Below, piece after piece: positions 25,621 to 37,092 of a stretch of 64,000 bases of DNA. The stretch lies in contig OZ024741.1 in the NCBI GenBank assembly GCA_964016885.1, positions 380,494,001 through 380,558,000 of the forward strand, written 5' to 3'. The position numbers were made by a program, and so were the translations under genes. The stretch is from Eledone cirrhosa. Its lineage: Eukaryota. Position 1 is the first letter of the stretch. Every line of letters begins with the position of its first letter. A model generated the notes under the pieces. It searched no databases. It worked only from the letters and a program-made list of their open reading frames with translations, and was not told the DNA's origin.

Positions 25621-27638
25621 ATGGCAAGGTATCTAATATTTTTGTTTATCTTGAATTATATATACATATAAGGGTTGAAGAGGTTGTCACTGACGGAGCT
25701 ACTAACTTCTCTGACTGGTCAAGCGAGGTGTTGGACTGCATCCTGCCTACATTTCTGCAATTTACAGAGTATATTCAGAGCATTTTATCATGGCACTAGC
25801 ACTAGGAAATTTATCATGTGTTTGACTGAAGAATCCTCTCAACTCTTTACCTAGCAATTTTCTATGGTTGAATGCTCTCCCTATCAGCAGCCACTATATA
25901 ATGAGTATTGTGTGCATTTTATTGTGACACTAATGCTAGGGAGGTTGTTCTGTCCTTAACTCAGGTGAAGAATATCTTTTGCACATATTTTCTATAGCTG
26001 GATGCCCTATCTAATTCCATACACATTTCTGCATGATACCTAGATATAATGGCAGTAATAAATCAATGGAGATACATGTTGAGAACATGCAGCTGATGAA
26101 AGGCAGTTTGAATTATATTAAATGTTATTTCCAAGTCTTAATAAAGAGGAATATGTAAAAGTAAAGTCAATTTAATATTTGGCAAGAATAGTAATAGCTT
26201 AGGGGTCCAAATGTTTAACAAGGAAAAATCATTAAGTAAAGATGTCAACATTACTTTCCAACCTGAAGCATACATGAAATGTAATGGACACTTCTTTTAA
26301 ACTTAACATCAAATAATCTAGAAAATTCTATTATCTACCTCTATGAATGTTTATAGCTAAACTGCAGAAGAAAATCCAAGCAATAGTATGAGATGCTTTT
26401 AGATCTTAAACATCAACTTTACTGATTATGTATATCATCATTCCGCATACCTTAAGAACTACTATCATAGTTATGTTATCAACAAGCTAGCATGTTTGTT
26501 CATATTGCTGAATTCTCATGCCCACTGATTCTTTTCTGAATATCAACTAATCTATAATGAACTTGACACATGTGTGGGTACAGGCTGTATTGAATCTAAA
26601 TCTAATCCAAAAATTTAAAATTGGAATACGTACATTTCCAGACATGTATATTCTGTCAAGGTTCTACTACAAACCTAGCAGCAAGGCAAATCATTTATTC
26701 TCATATTGAATTACCTATTTCATATGCTTTATTTTGCAATAAATAATGTTTTCAAATAAACAACAAAAATATCATCATCATTATAATCACCATTTTACAT
26801 GAAATGTTCATGCTTGTATTGGTTAGACAAGTTACAACTCTCTGAACCTTGAAAGGTCAGATCACTGTGCTTCACACATACATTCTCTGCTGGCATGTTT
26901 TCTATGAGTGGATGCCCTTCCTGATGCCTGTAATTCAGTGTGATCTGTTGTGGTTTATCATGGCACTAATACTAACATTTGACAGAATGGACTGGGTGTT
27001 TTATCATGGAACCAGCATTGCCAGCTTACAATGTGTGTTGGGGGCATTTTGTGGCACTAGTATTACCAATTTATAGAGTGGGTTGAGTGCATTTGACTGT
27101 GACACCTGCAGTAACACTTTACAGTGTGGTCTTAGGCATTTTATTGGGGTAACAGTACTACCAAAGTGAGATAATCTCACTTTCTAACAATGGATGGATT
27201 TTATACAGCACTGCAACATCTACAATAAAATCATCATAGGTACAAAGAAGGAGTCTGTACATCAAGTAAGCTGTAAGCTCTCCCAGCTAAGTTGCAGTAA
27301 ATTGTTTTGTTCAATTGCCAAAAATGTTTTCTGCAAACTTTTCAGTATTCCCTTTTCCCCCACTTCTCAATAATTGTTTTCTAAGTTGTAATTCTGTAGA
27401 GAAAACCTCCCATGTACTTACAAGTAACATACAATTCTGCATTACAGACATTAGCTAAATCTACAAAACTATCCCTTTTTTGCTTCAGTAGGCTCACCAC
27501 CACACGCATACAGCCTGTCAAATGGGAAAGCATTTCCTAATGCTTCAAGCCAACAATGAATCTTCCATTAACATCAAACAATCCACTCCAAAGATTATAT
27601 ATATATATATGCATGTGTGTTTATGTTTATATATATAG

Positions 27639-27693
<55 letters not shown>

Positions 27694-27696
27694 TAT

Positions 27697-27820
27697 GTGT
27701 CCCCAAAAATTGTATACACACTTCACCAGCATTCTAATTAAAGAGTGTATACATTTTTGGGAGGACATCCTATATATATATATCATCATCATCATCGATT
27801 AACACCCATGTTCCATGCTA

Positions 27821-27865
<45 letters not shown>

Positions 27866-28025
27866 CACATATATATGTATATATATATATATATATGCTA
27901 GCATGGAAGATGGACATTAGTCGATGATGATGATGATGATATATATATATATAGGATGTCCCCCCAAAATGTCTACACTATTTTATTAGAATGCTGGTGA
28001 AGTGTGTATACAATTTTGGGGACAC
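27697..28025. repeat. Imperfect palindrome centred on (TA)n
   Basis: Arm 27697-27822 is the reverse complement of 27897-28025; each arm holds a small TIR-like element (GTGTCCCCAAAA...TTTTGGGAGGACATCC) and an RTE-type 3' end. Confidence 0.92.
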
Positions 28026-28155
28026 TGTATATATAGCTAGACAGACAGATAGATAGATGTAATGCTACATAAAGTTTGTCTTTTACGTTACATATGATAA
28101 TTTGGCTGGAATATTTATGACTGAATGCTTTTCCCATCACCAACTATTTTCGTCT

Positions 28156-28659
28156 AATATGCCAAATTTGTTTATTGCAAATTAAGCTTGAAAATATATA
28201 AATTTCCACTCTCAGAGAAAATGATATATACATTTTCTTACTGGATGGAGAGAGAAGAGGAGGAGACCGAGAGAGATAGAGACAGGTAGAAAATTGACAG
28301 ACAGAGAGATAGTGGGATAGATAGAAGCAGTGCTTAAGCAGTGACATAATAATAATAATAATGAAATTATTGTGTACAGTGCTGAGGTGCACTACAACTC
28401 ATCATATCAGTATATAATTCTGTTGCTATATATGGATATATATATAGCAACAGAATCATATACTGATATGTCACTGCTTAAGCACTGCTTCTATCTATCC
28501 CACTATCTCTCTGTCTGTCAATTTTCTACCTGTCTCTAACTCTCTCGGTCTCCTCCTCCTCACTCTCCCTCCAGTAAGAAAATGTCTATATCATTTTCTC
28601 TGAGAGTGGAAATTTATATATTTTTAAGCTTAATTTGCAATAAACAAATTTGGCATATT
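28156..28659. repeat. Long palindrome with TA-rich centre
   Basis: 28156-28430 pairs with 28443-28659 apart from a 54-bp insertion in the left arm. Confidence 0.95.
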
Positions 28660-29961
28660 TATATATGTATATATGTATAATCAATATATATATGTATATA
28701 TTGTATATATATGTATATATGTATATATGTATATATATGTATATATGTATAATCAATATATATATGTATAATCAATGAATTTGGAGTAAATTTTTTTTCA
28801 CTAATATAACAAATTTTACGATCTGACATTTTGCAGCAATATGTCCCTCTGAGTTTTGAAATATTCTCATTTATTTTTTAAGTATATTTTTCCTCTTATA
28901 TGAAATTTCACAGAACCAATTTATTTCATTCACACTTTGTATTGTTCCATCTTCACATCGTGTAGTTCCATGATGAATATCTATATTTTCCCAAAATAAA
29001 ATTTTGTTTCATGCATTGTATTATCCTCTTGGGTGGTTGTATGTCACCCGATTTGAAGATTGATACTGGACCCAGCCAATTTGTCTTAGGCAGAAATTCC
29101 TATTGACCAAAGTAATGAAAAATAGCATGGATATATTTTTTCTGGTCCAAAGAACGAAAAAATGCAATTATTTAAATTGATGAATATCATTTACTATCAA
29201 ACAAATAAAGATATTCTAATCAGAAAAATCTATAAGGAAAGACATTTTTCCTTTATAAGATAATTATATCCTGCATTCAAACTTGCATAAGAAATTTCTT
29301 TATTTTTTTACTTTTTTATTTTGTTATATTAATTCTAATTGGAATTGATAAAATATCTGATTCTTTGTACATGGGTAAAACCATTTCTCATGATTCGAAC
29401 TTGTCAATATTAATATAAACATTCTAGTGATATTTCCAGAAGACCGGTGTGAACTTGTGATTGGTAGTAGTGGCAGCATTTGCATGAAATGTATGGCACT
29501 CGATCAACAACATCTGGAATTAAACCTATTCTTATTGAACTTCTTCTCTCTTTCAATAAGAAAGAAATAGACATTTGAGAGAAAAAAAAACAAAGATTTA
29601 ATACAAAGAATATATAAAAGGGATGAAATGAATAATTTTGACTGGGTACAAATGACTTTTTCTTAGGTATTGTAAGATTGGTAAGTGAAATAAAGAATTT
29701 AGGAAATTATATAAAATTATAAAAGGTAAGACAGAATTATTGATATGTTTTCGACTTTAACACCAGATCAACATTTATCGTGGAGAACTATATGCAATTA
29801 TATTGAATCCAAATATAATCTTTCATTTGAAGAAACTAAGCAAATTTACTCCTAAGAGAATATAAATTCAGAGGGGAGATAAACACATTAATATGTTTCA
29901 ATAGAATAATAATAGAAGCTATAATGTTAAGAACAACAAACACCATTAATAAAAAATGAGG

Positions 29962-31518
29962 ATAATAATAATAATAATAATGCTAATAATAATAATAATG
30001 ATTTCATTTATTAGCCACAAGGGCCGACATGTAGGGGACAATACAAAGACAGGGACAGTGGGGGTTTACAATAAGGTCGAGTAAAAGTGCACAATGGCAA
30101 GACTAATTTAACAATGAAAATATAAAAATATAAAATAAACTATGCATAAATATAACAAAATAAATTCCCCGATAGGGGGTGGACGACCCTGGGGTGACTC
30201 GGGTACTCCACATGAACCACCCTGCGCTTCTAGGGCACCCAGGGAGAGCACCACTCTCCTCAAGTTAGCTAGCCTATAGGCGCATGGTCAGAGTAGGCCC
30301 ATTCACACGAGCCATTCTCGCCACATTCACCCACCTTTGAGCAAATGTACTGGGGGGCAGCACTTCTCTCTCCACCCTCACCTTCCTTTCCAGGTGAAAC
30401 TTGAAGAAGTTGATGAGGGATTGGCCGAAGAGAAAAGTGTCTGTCTTTAGTCCTTTCAACCTGGTCCACCATATAATCTCTTTCGCAACTGCCACCAGAC
30501 AGAGGAAAACGTCCTGCTCTTCCTGACCTAAGGAAGGCGGTGGATCGATCTTCACTATGGACTCGGCCGATAGCCGGATTCGTTCCACACGCGACAGTAG
30601 CTGTTCGACATAACTCCACAAGTCAGTAATGCACGGACATTGGACAAGTGCGTGCAGAACGGTTTCGTCGTTCTGTGCGCATCTTGGGCAGGTCCATCTG
30701 ACAGCACTTCCGTGCCTGTAGAGTTTATCCCGAACCGGCAGTGCCCCCCGGTAGTACTGCCGAGCGAGGGATTTCTGGAAATTGTCCATCAACACCGGCT
30801 CAAAAGTCCTCCGGTACAGACTGGTCAGTTTGACTTCGTTGACTCCCAGAGCCTCTCCGAGTGCATCATCCAATTTGCCCACCACTAATCCTCTATAGAA
30901 CTCGAGAGTGGAAGTTTCACTGATCGCATTGCCCGCTTGGTAGAGGGCAGTGAGTGCCTGGCAACATTGCAGGTGCCAGTCACCCAGTCTCGGTCTCTTC
31001 TTGACCCAGGACTGCAGCTCAGTCAAAGAAATGAGCTGCGGAAAGGCCCGTCTGATAAACGGCGACCACACCTGTTCACCGTTGAGGCAGAATATCTAGA
31101 GATGTCGCAGCCTCAATGCATGTCTGCGCATCATTAGCCACGGCATGCCCAGACGTCCGCGTAGAGGGTGCTGGCAGCAGATGGACCGCCTCACCAACGG
31201 AACTTGTCACCTCCACAAGAATTTGAAGAGGAGCCGTTCCAATTTGACGAGGCGCGGACGGGGGCAAGGCACGACGGTCAGGCGGTTATAGATGACAGAC
31301 GCGATGTACGCATTCGCCACCTCCGCGCGACCTTTCAGTGATAGCTTCCTCCCAGCCCACTTTTGGGTGAGACAGGCTACTCTGCTCGTTACCTCGTCCC
31401 AATTCTTTTCCACCTGGACGTCTGGTCCGAACCAAACCCCAAGCAACTTTACCGGTCCGTCCGTCTAGCGCCCCACGACGCTGTTGGACGGCATGGGCTT
31501 GCCTTTGCAGGTTCCGAG
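29962..31518 (-). mobile_element. Tx1/L1-like non-LTR retrotransposon copy A (5'-truncated)
   Basis: ORF2 C-terminus (LGVWFG, GRLGMP, CPRC...ETVLHALVQC zinc finger); 3' UTR nearly identical to copy E; (ATT)n tail at ~29962-30000. Confidence 0.92.
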
Positions 31519-31807
31519 AATAATAATGATATCAATTATTGGCCACAAGGGCCGACATATAGGGGACAATACAAAAGACTGGGACAGTGGGGTTTTACAG
31601 AAAAATCGAGTAAACAATATGAATAACAATAACAAAGTAACAATAACAAAGTAACAATATAGTAACAATAAAATTACAAGAAGAAAAAATTCCCCAATAA
31701 GGGGGATGACCACCTAGGGTTCGCTCAGGTACCCCACCAGTCCTGAACGACCCGACGCTTCGAGAGCACCCTGGAAAGGCACCCCTCTCCTCCTCAAATG
31801 TACCTAC

Positions 31808-34800
31808 CTACAGCCGCATGACCAGAGTAGGCAAACTTACACAGGCCATTCTCGCTACATTCACCCACCTTTCACAAATGTACTGGGGGGAAGCACTTCT
31901 CTCTCCCCCCTCACCTTCCTTTCCAAGTGAAACTTGAAAAAGTTGATGAGGGATTGGCCGAAGAGAAAAGTGTCTGTCTTCAGTCCTTTCAACCTCGTCC
32001 ACCATACAACCTCTTTCGCCACTGCCACCAGACAGAGGAAAATTGCCTGCCCTTCCTGGCCAAAAGAATGCGGCGGGTCGATCTTCACTATGGACTCGGC
32101 CTATAGCTGGATCCGTTCTACACGCGACAACAGCTGTTCAACATAACTTCACAAGTCAATAATGCACGGACACTGGACGAGTGCGTGCAGAACGGTTTCG
32201 TTGCTCTGCGTGCATCACGGGCAGATCCGTCTGACAGCACTTCCGTGCCTGTAGAGTTTATCTCGAACCGGCAGTGCCCCCCGGTAGCACTGCCGAGCGA
32301 GGGATTTTTGGAAATTATCCATTGTCCCCGGCTCGAAAGTACTACGGTACAGACTGGTTAGTTCGACTTCGTTGACTCCCAGAGCCTCTCCGAGTGCGTC
32401 GTCGTACTTGCCCGCCACTAATCTTCTATAGAACTCGAGAGTGGAAGTTCCACTGACCGCATTGCCTGCCTGGTAGAGGGCAGTGAGTGCCTGGCAACAT
32501 TCCAGATTCCAGTCACTTAGTCTCGGTCTCTTCTTGACCCAGGACTGCAGTCCAGTCAAAGAAACGAGCTGCAGAAAGGCCCGTCTGACAAATGGTGACC
32601 ACACCTGTTCACCGTTTAGGCAGAATATCTGGAGATGCCGCAGCCTCAGCGCATGCCTGCGCATCATTAGCCACGGCATTCCCAGCCCTCCACGTAGAGG
32701 GTGCTGGCAGCAGATGGACCGCCTCACCAGCGGAACCTGACCCCTCCACAAGAATTTGAAGACGAGCCGCTCCAAGATAGCGAGGCGCGAACGGGGACAA
32801 GGGACGACGGTCAGACGGTAGTAGATGACGGACGCGATGTACGCGTTCGCCACCTCCGCCCGACCTTTCATTGATAGCTTCATCCCAGCCCATTTCTGGG
32901 TGAGACTGGCTACCCTGCCCGTCACCTCGTTCCAATTCTTATCCACCTGGAGGTCTGGCCCGAACCAAATCCCTAGCAACTTTACGGGTCCGTCCGTCCA
33001 GCGCCTAACGACGCTGTTGGACGGAATGGACTTGCCTCTCCAGGTGCTAAGTTGCAAGCCCACCGACTTTTCCGGGTTAAGTTTTGCTCCCTTCAACCTT
33101 TCATACTCCTCCAATATGTTGCCGACCACCTCGATTTCTGAGGTGTCCGACACCATCAGGGTGATGTCGTCCGCATAAGCCGACACAGCCTTTCCGCGTC
33201 CCGATTCGAGCGGGATGCCCTGCAACAGTTCCAGCTTCCGCAGTAAAGGCTCGAGAGTCAATATGTACAGAAGGGAGGAGAGAGGGCACCCCTGACGGAC
33301 CGATCGGGAGACCTGAAACGGTTCCGAGAGATGACCATTCATTTTGACCATCGAGCAGGGCCGCTGTGCATTGCAGCGATCCAGCTTCTGAAGACAGGGC
33401 CGAAGCCAGCCGCCTTGAGAACAGCCTCCAGGTACCGATGGTCGACCCTATCGAATGCTTTCGATTGATCTAAATTGATCAGAGACCCACCGAAGCCAGG
33501 TTTACACCCTACCCTCTCTATGATGTATCGCATTAGGTGGAGGTTGTCGTGTATGGACCTGGTTGGGATTGCGCAAGTTTGCGCCTCCCCAACCAAATCC
33601 CCGAAGACAAGCACCAACCTCTTTGCTAACACCCTGGCCAAAATCTTAAATTCTGTGTTGAGCAGTGTTATGGGCCTGAAATTGTCTAATATGTCCCTCT
33701 TGTTCTCGTCGTTCCTTATCAGCGTCATTACGCCCCGGCTCACAGAACAAGGAACTCTCCCGTTTTGCTGCCAGTTGCAGTAGAGGGCTTCGAGGAGATT
33801 CGAGAACAAATCTGGCATATTTACGTAAAGCTCGTAGGGCAGACCATCCAAACCGGGTGACTTGCGCCTCATGCAGCCGACAAGGGCATCCTGAATCTCG
33901 GCTGAAGTAATTGGCCTTCCGCAGCGCCCAGCGTCAGCCGTCGAGAGTTGCGGCAAGCCATCGAGGTAGTGACTAAAGTCCGCTACCATCTCTGACCCGC
34001 CACATCCCCCGAACAACCGAGCAAAATGTTGTCGAAAGGCCTCACACATCCTCTTGGAATCGCTCAGCTCGTGCCCGTCTCAGTCCGTCAAAGGCCGAAT
34101 CATGGTTTTATTACCAAGCTGCGCCTCTGCCACGCGGGCCCATCGAACAGCTTTGGTTCCCTCGCTTATCATAGCACGTGCCTTAGCTCTGACAATGCAA
34201 CCTTCGTGTTTCGCATTGAAGAAATAGTCTAATGCCATTCTCGCCGCTAGCACGTCAGTTGCAATGTCACTACCAATAGCCTCGTCTAACTTATCTACCA
34301 ACTCCCCCTCCTTTCTATTTTTCTCTAACGCTACTTCTTTGCTAAACTCTATCGACATTACTCTAATCTCTCTTTTGAGAGCCCCCTACCATCTATTGTT
34401 GACGACTCCCCCTGTCAACTTTTCCTTAACTAAATTGTTGACCTGGTCCCTGTAAGCCTTATGTGCCGGAAATGAAATATTTAGCTTCCAGTAACCAGGT
34501 CCTAACCTACGCGTCTTATCTAGGTCGACCATACAGATCACAAACTTGTGATCTGAATAGGCGACCGTTTCAAAACGTGGACAGCTTACACTATTTCTGT
34601 CTATTTTCCTAATGCATATCCTGTCTATATACGATCTAGATGACCCTATGCGGTTAGCCCAGGTCCACACTGGCGCATTAGGGAAATCTAGTCGGTACCT
34701 GTCAGACAGTTGGAACTGGCTGATCAGGTTCTTGAGTTGTTGCACCCACCACCCCTGCTCCTATCGGATACTCCCACACAGTCCCAGCGTGCGTCTAAGA

Positions 34801-35225
34801 TGCCGTTCCGGTCCCCCGCTAACAGTAAAGGGCGAGACGTACCCAGAAAGGCTTCCAGGCGTCTAAAGAAGTCCGGCCGACCTGCCCCAATAGACGGCCA
34901 CCAGTCTAAAGGCACCACCTTCGTTATTGTTCACGTCCAGGACCACCAACTTCCCGTCCGGGTCCTGGAAGATCGACCTTATCTCGAGATCCAGGCCTTT
35001 CCTAAACAGCACTGCCACCCCGCCTCCCATTCCCGGCCGGCTAACAGGTGCAAAGATCTGATAGTCGTCGAAAATGGGGGCTAGTGCGAGCGTGTCGGAA
35101 ATCCTGGTCTCGCTGACTGCAATTACATCCATTTCTATAGACCTGACGTCGTTGAGCAGGTGACCCTGCTTCCAGGACGATCCCAGGCCTCGAACATTTA
35201 AACATCCTACTCTTAATACGGCCAT
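31808..35225 (-). pseudogene. Copy B ORF2: APE endonuclease, reverse transcriptase, zinc finger (disrupted)
   Basis: CLNVRGL, AGD.N, SDHK, KSPGLDGLP, FRPITLLN, DQSKAFDRV, RQGCPLS, AYADD; split over several ORFs by frameshifts and stops. Confidence 0.92.
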
Positions 35226-35256
35226 GTTGGCAGGTTAAACAGAGAGAGAGGAAGGT

Positions 35257-36991
35257 TTACTTACCTTCCGGGCTCTTGTGAAGATCGGGTTGTTCGACCT
35301 CCATAGTTGGTGGGGTTTCTTTTGGGAACCCCTTTAAAAGTCTTGAAGTGGGTTTTACGTTCGGGGTTTCCACGTCCCGAGGAAAGCTGTCTCGTATTTC
35401 TTTGAATATCTCGAGCGACATTCGCACCAGAACCAAATCTTCCGGCACGCGAAATGTGCTCGATTTAATAAGTTCCCCCTCTTTTTGTATATTTTCATCT
35501 CGTGCTACGTGGGCCATCAGTTCCTTGTTGGCCATCCTGACGAGCACGAAGTTTTGTATGTTTTGTTGGTGTGATTTTATTTGTTTTCGTGGCTGTGGTG
35601 GTGATGGTTTTGGGGGTGTTGTTTCGGTTGTATCTGTGTTTGTTGTGAGTGCGATGTCTGTGGTTTCAGATGTTTGTGTGTATATTTGTTCTTGCGTCTG
35701 TTTCGGTTGTTTGCGTTTGGGGGATTCTAGTGATGGTGATGGTGGTGTTGATGTTGGTGTTATTGGAGAGATGTTTGCGTGGGTGGTGTCTGCGTTTTTA
35801 TTGTGGGTGCTTTTGTGCTTTGTTGAGTTTTTTTTTTCTTTTTGTGTTTCCTTTTTTGTATTTTGGGGGATTTTGGTTTTCCCTCATTTTCACTACTGGT
35901 AGATGAGGGGTCTGTGTCTGTAAGTGTGTCTGTATGTATATTTATGGTTTTATTGGTGTGTGTATTTTGGAGGGGAGGGGGAATTTGACAGCTTTCCTCG
36001 TTTCCCCCCTGGGTGGTCAATGTTGGTGGTGGTGTTTCTATCGGTGTTGTTGTTGGTGGTTTTGCCGGTGCTGGTGTTGGTTGTGGTCCACGCCCCGGCA
36101 TCGGCAGCAGTGGAGCATTTCGACCCCTTGCCTCTTTCAGCAGTTGAGGGCAGAAGGCTCGCAAATGGGTTTTTCCCCACAAACAAAACACTGCGGCCTT
36201 TTGCCTTTGGTCATAATGTGAATGACCGTCCCATTCTGAAGGCGGATGTGGTCCGGGATTGTCTTCACATTCTCGGGCCTGATCTGGAGAAGGATCTCCA
36301 GGTCAACCCCGGACCAGTCCTCTCTGGCCGTTCTGGTCAGTTCTATAGGGACCGTATACGTCCCCTCCACAATCACACATCCCAGAAGCCACCACATGTT
36401 AAGTCCTGGTGGGATTCTGGGAATGCGGAGACGCGCCGTTCTTTTTCCCATGTGGGAGGGGTAAATTATGACCTTGCTGATTTTGCAAGTAGTCATAGCG
36501 TGTTTCATAGCGAGGGCTTCTGACTTGAACAACACCGAAATGGTGCCGTACTGTCTGCCCCTCTCAATGTATTCGGTGTCTTCTCTGATGCACCTCGGCG
36601 CGACTTCGACATCTTCTTGCGGGATTAAAGCTGCCCTTTTGGTTTGTGCTGAGATGCATCTATAATGCACCGTTCTGCGCTCCACTGCCTCCATAGCTTC
36701 TACCGGGGCAGTTAAGTTGACCCAGATTTGCTCTTGCTTGAAGAGCTTCCATGCCTGGGGCAACTTTTCATCTTTGTTTGAGAGGTCCCTGTTGAAGCAT
36801 GGCCTCTTTTTTGCTGCTGCCGCAGCGAAAGTGTTCTTCTTGTTTTCGTTGGGGGTGTCGTGGTCGTTGTCGTTGTTCTTATTGGTGTTGTTGTTAGCAC
36901 TGTCGCTGTTATCATTGTTGTCTTTTTTGCCACCGCTGTTCTCGGTGCAGTTGGTATTGTTGCTGTTGGTGTTGTCGCTATTTGTTTTCAT
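35257..36991 (-). pseudogene. Copy B ORF1 (gag-like zinc knuckle, Pro/Thr-rich tail), frameshifted
   Basis: ORFs 36137..36991, 35760..36191 and 35257..35547; CFVCGEK/THLRAFC; homologous to copy E ORF1. Confidence 0.85.
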
Positions 36992-37092
36992 GTTAGTGGT
37001 GTTGATATTGTTGTTGTGTTTGTTATTTTTTTTTTTTTGTTATCTGTATTTTCGCTGTCGCTGTTACTGTCATTTTAAAATTTTACTGTCAT

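Larger units (their letters stand above)
31519..37092 (-). mobile_element. Tx1/L1-like retrotransposon copy B (near full length)
   Basis: ORF1 with CCHC knuckle, ORF2 with APE, RT and CCHC, its own 3' UTR, and a short (ATT)n tail abutting the truncation point of copy A. Confidence 0.93.
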
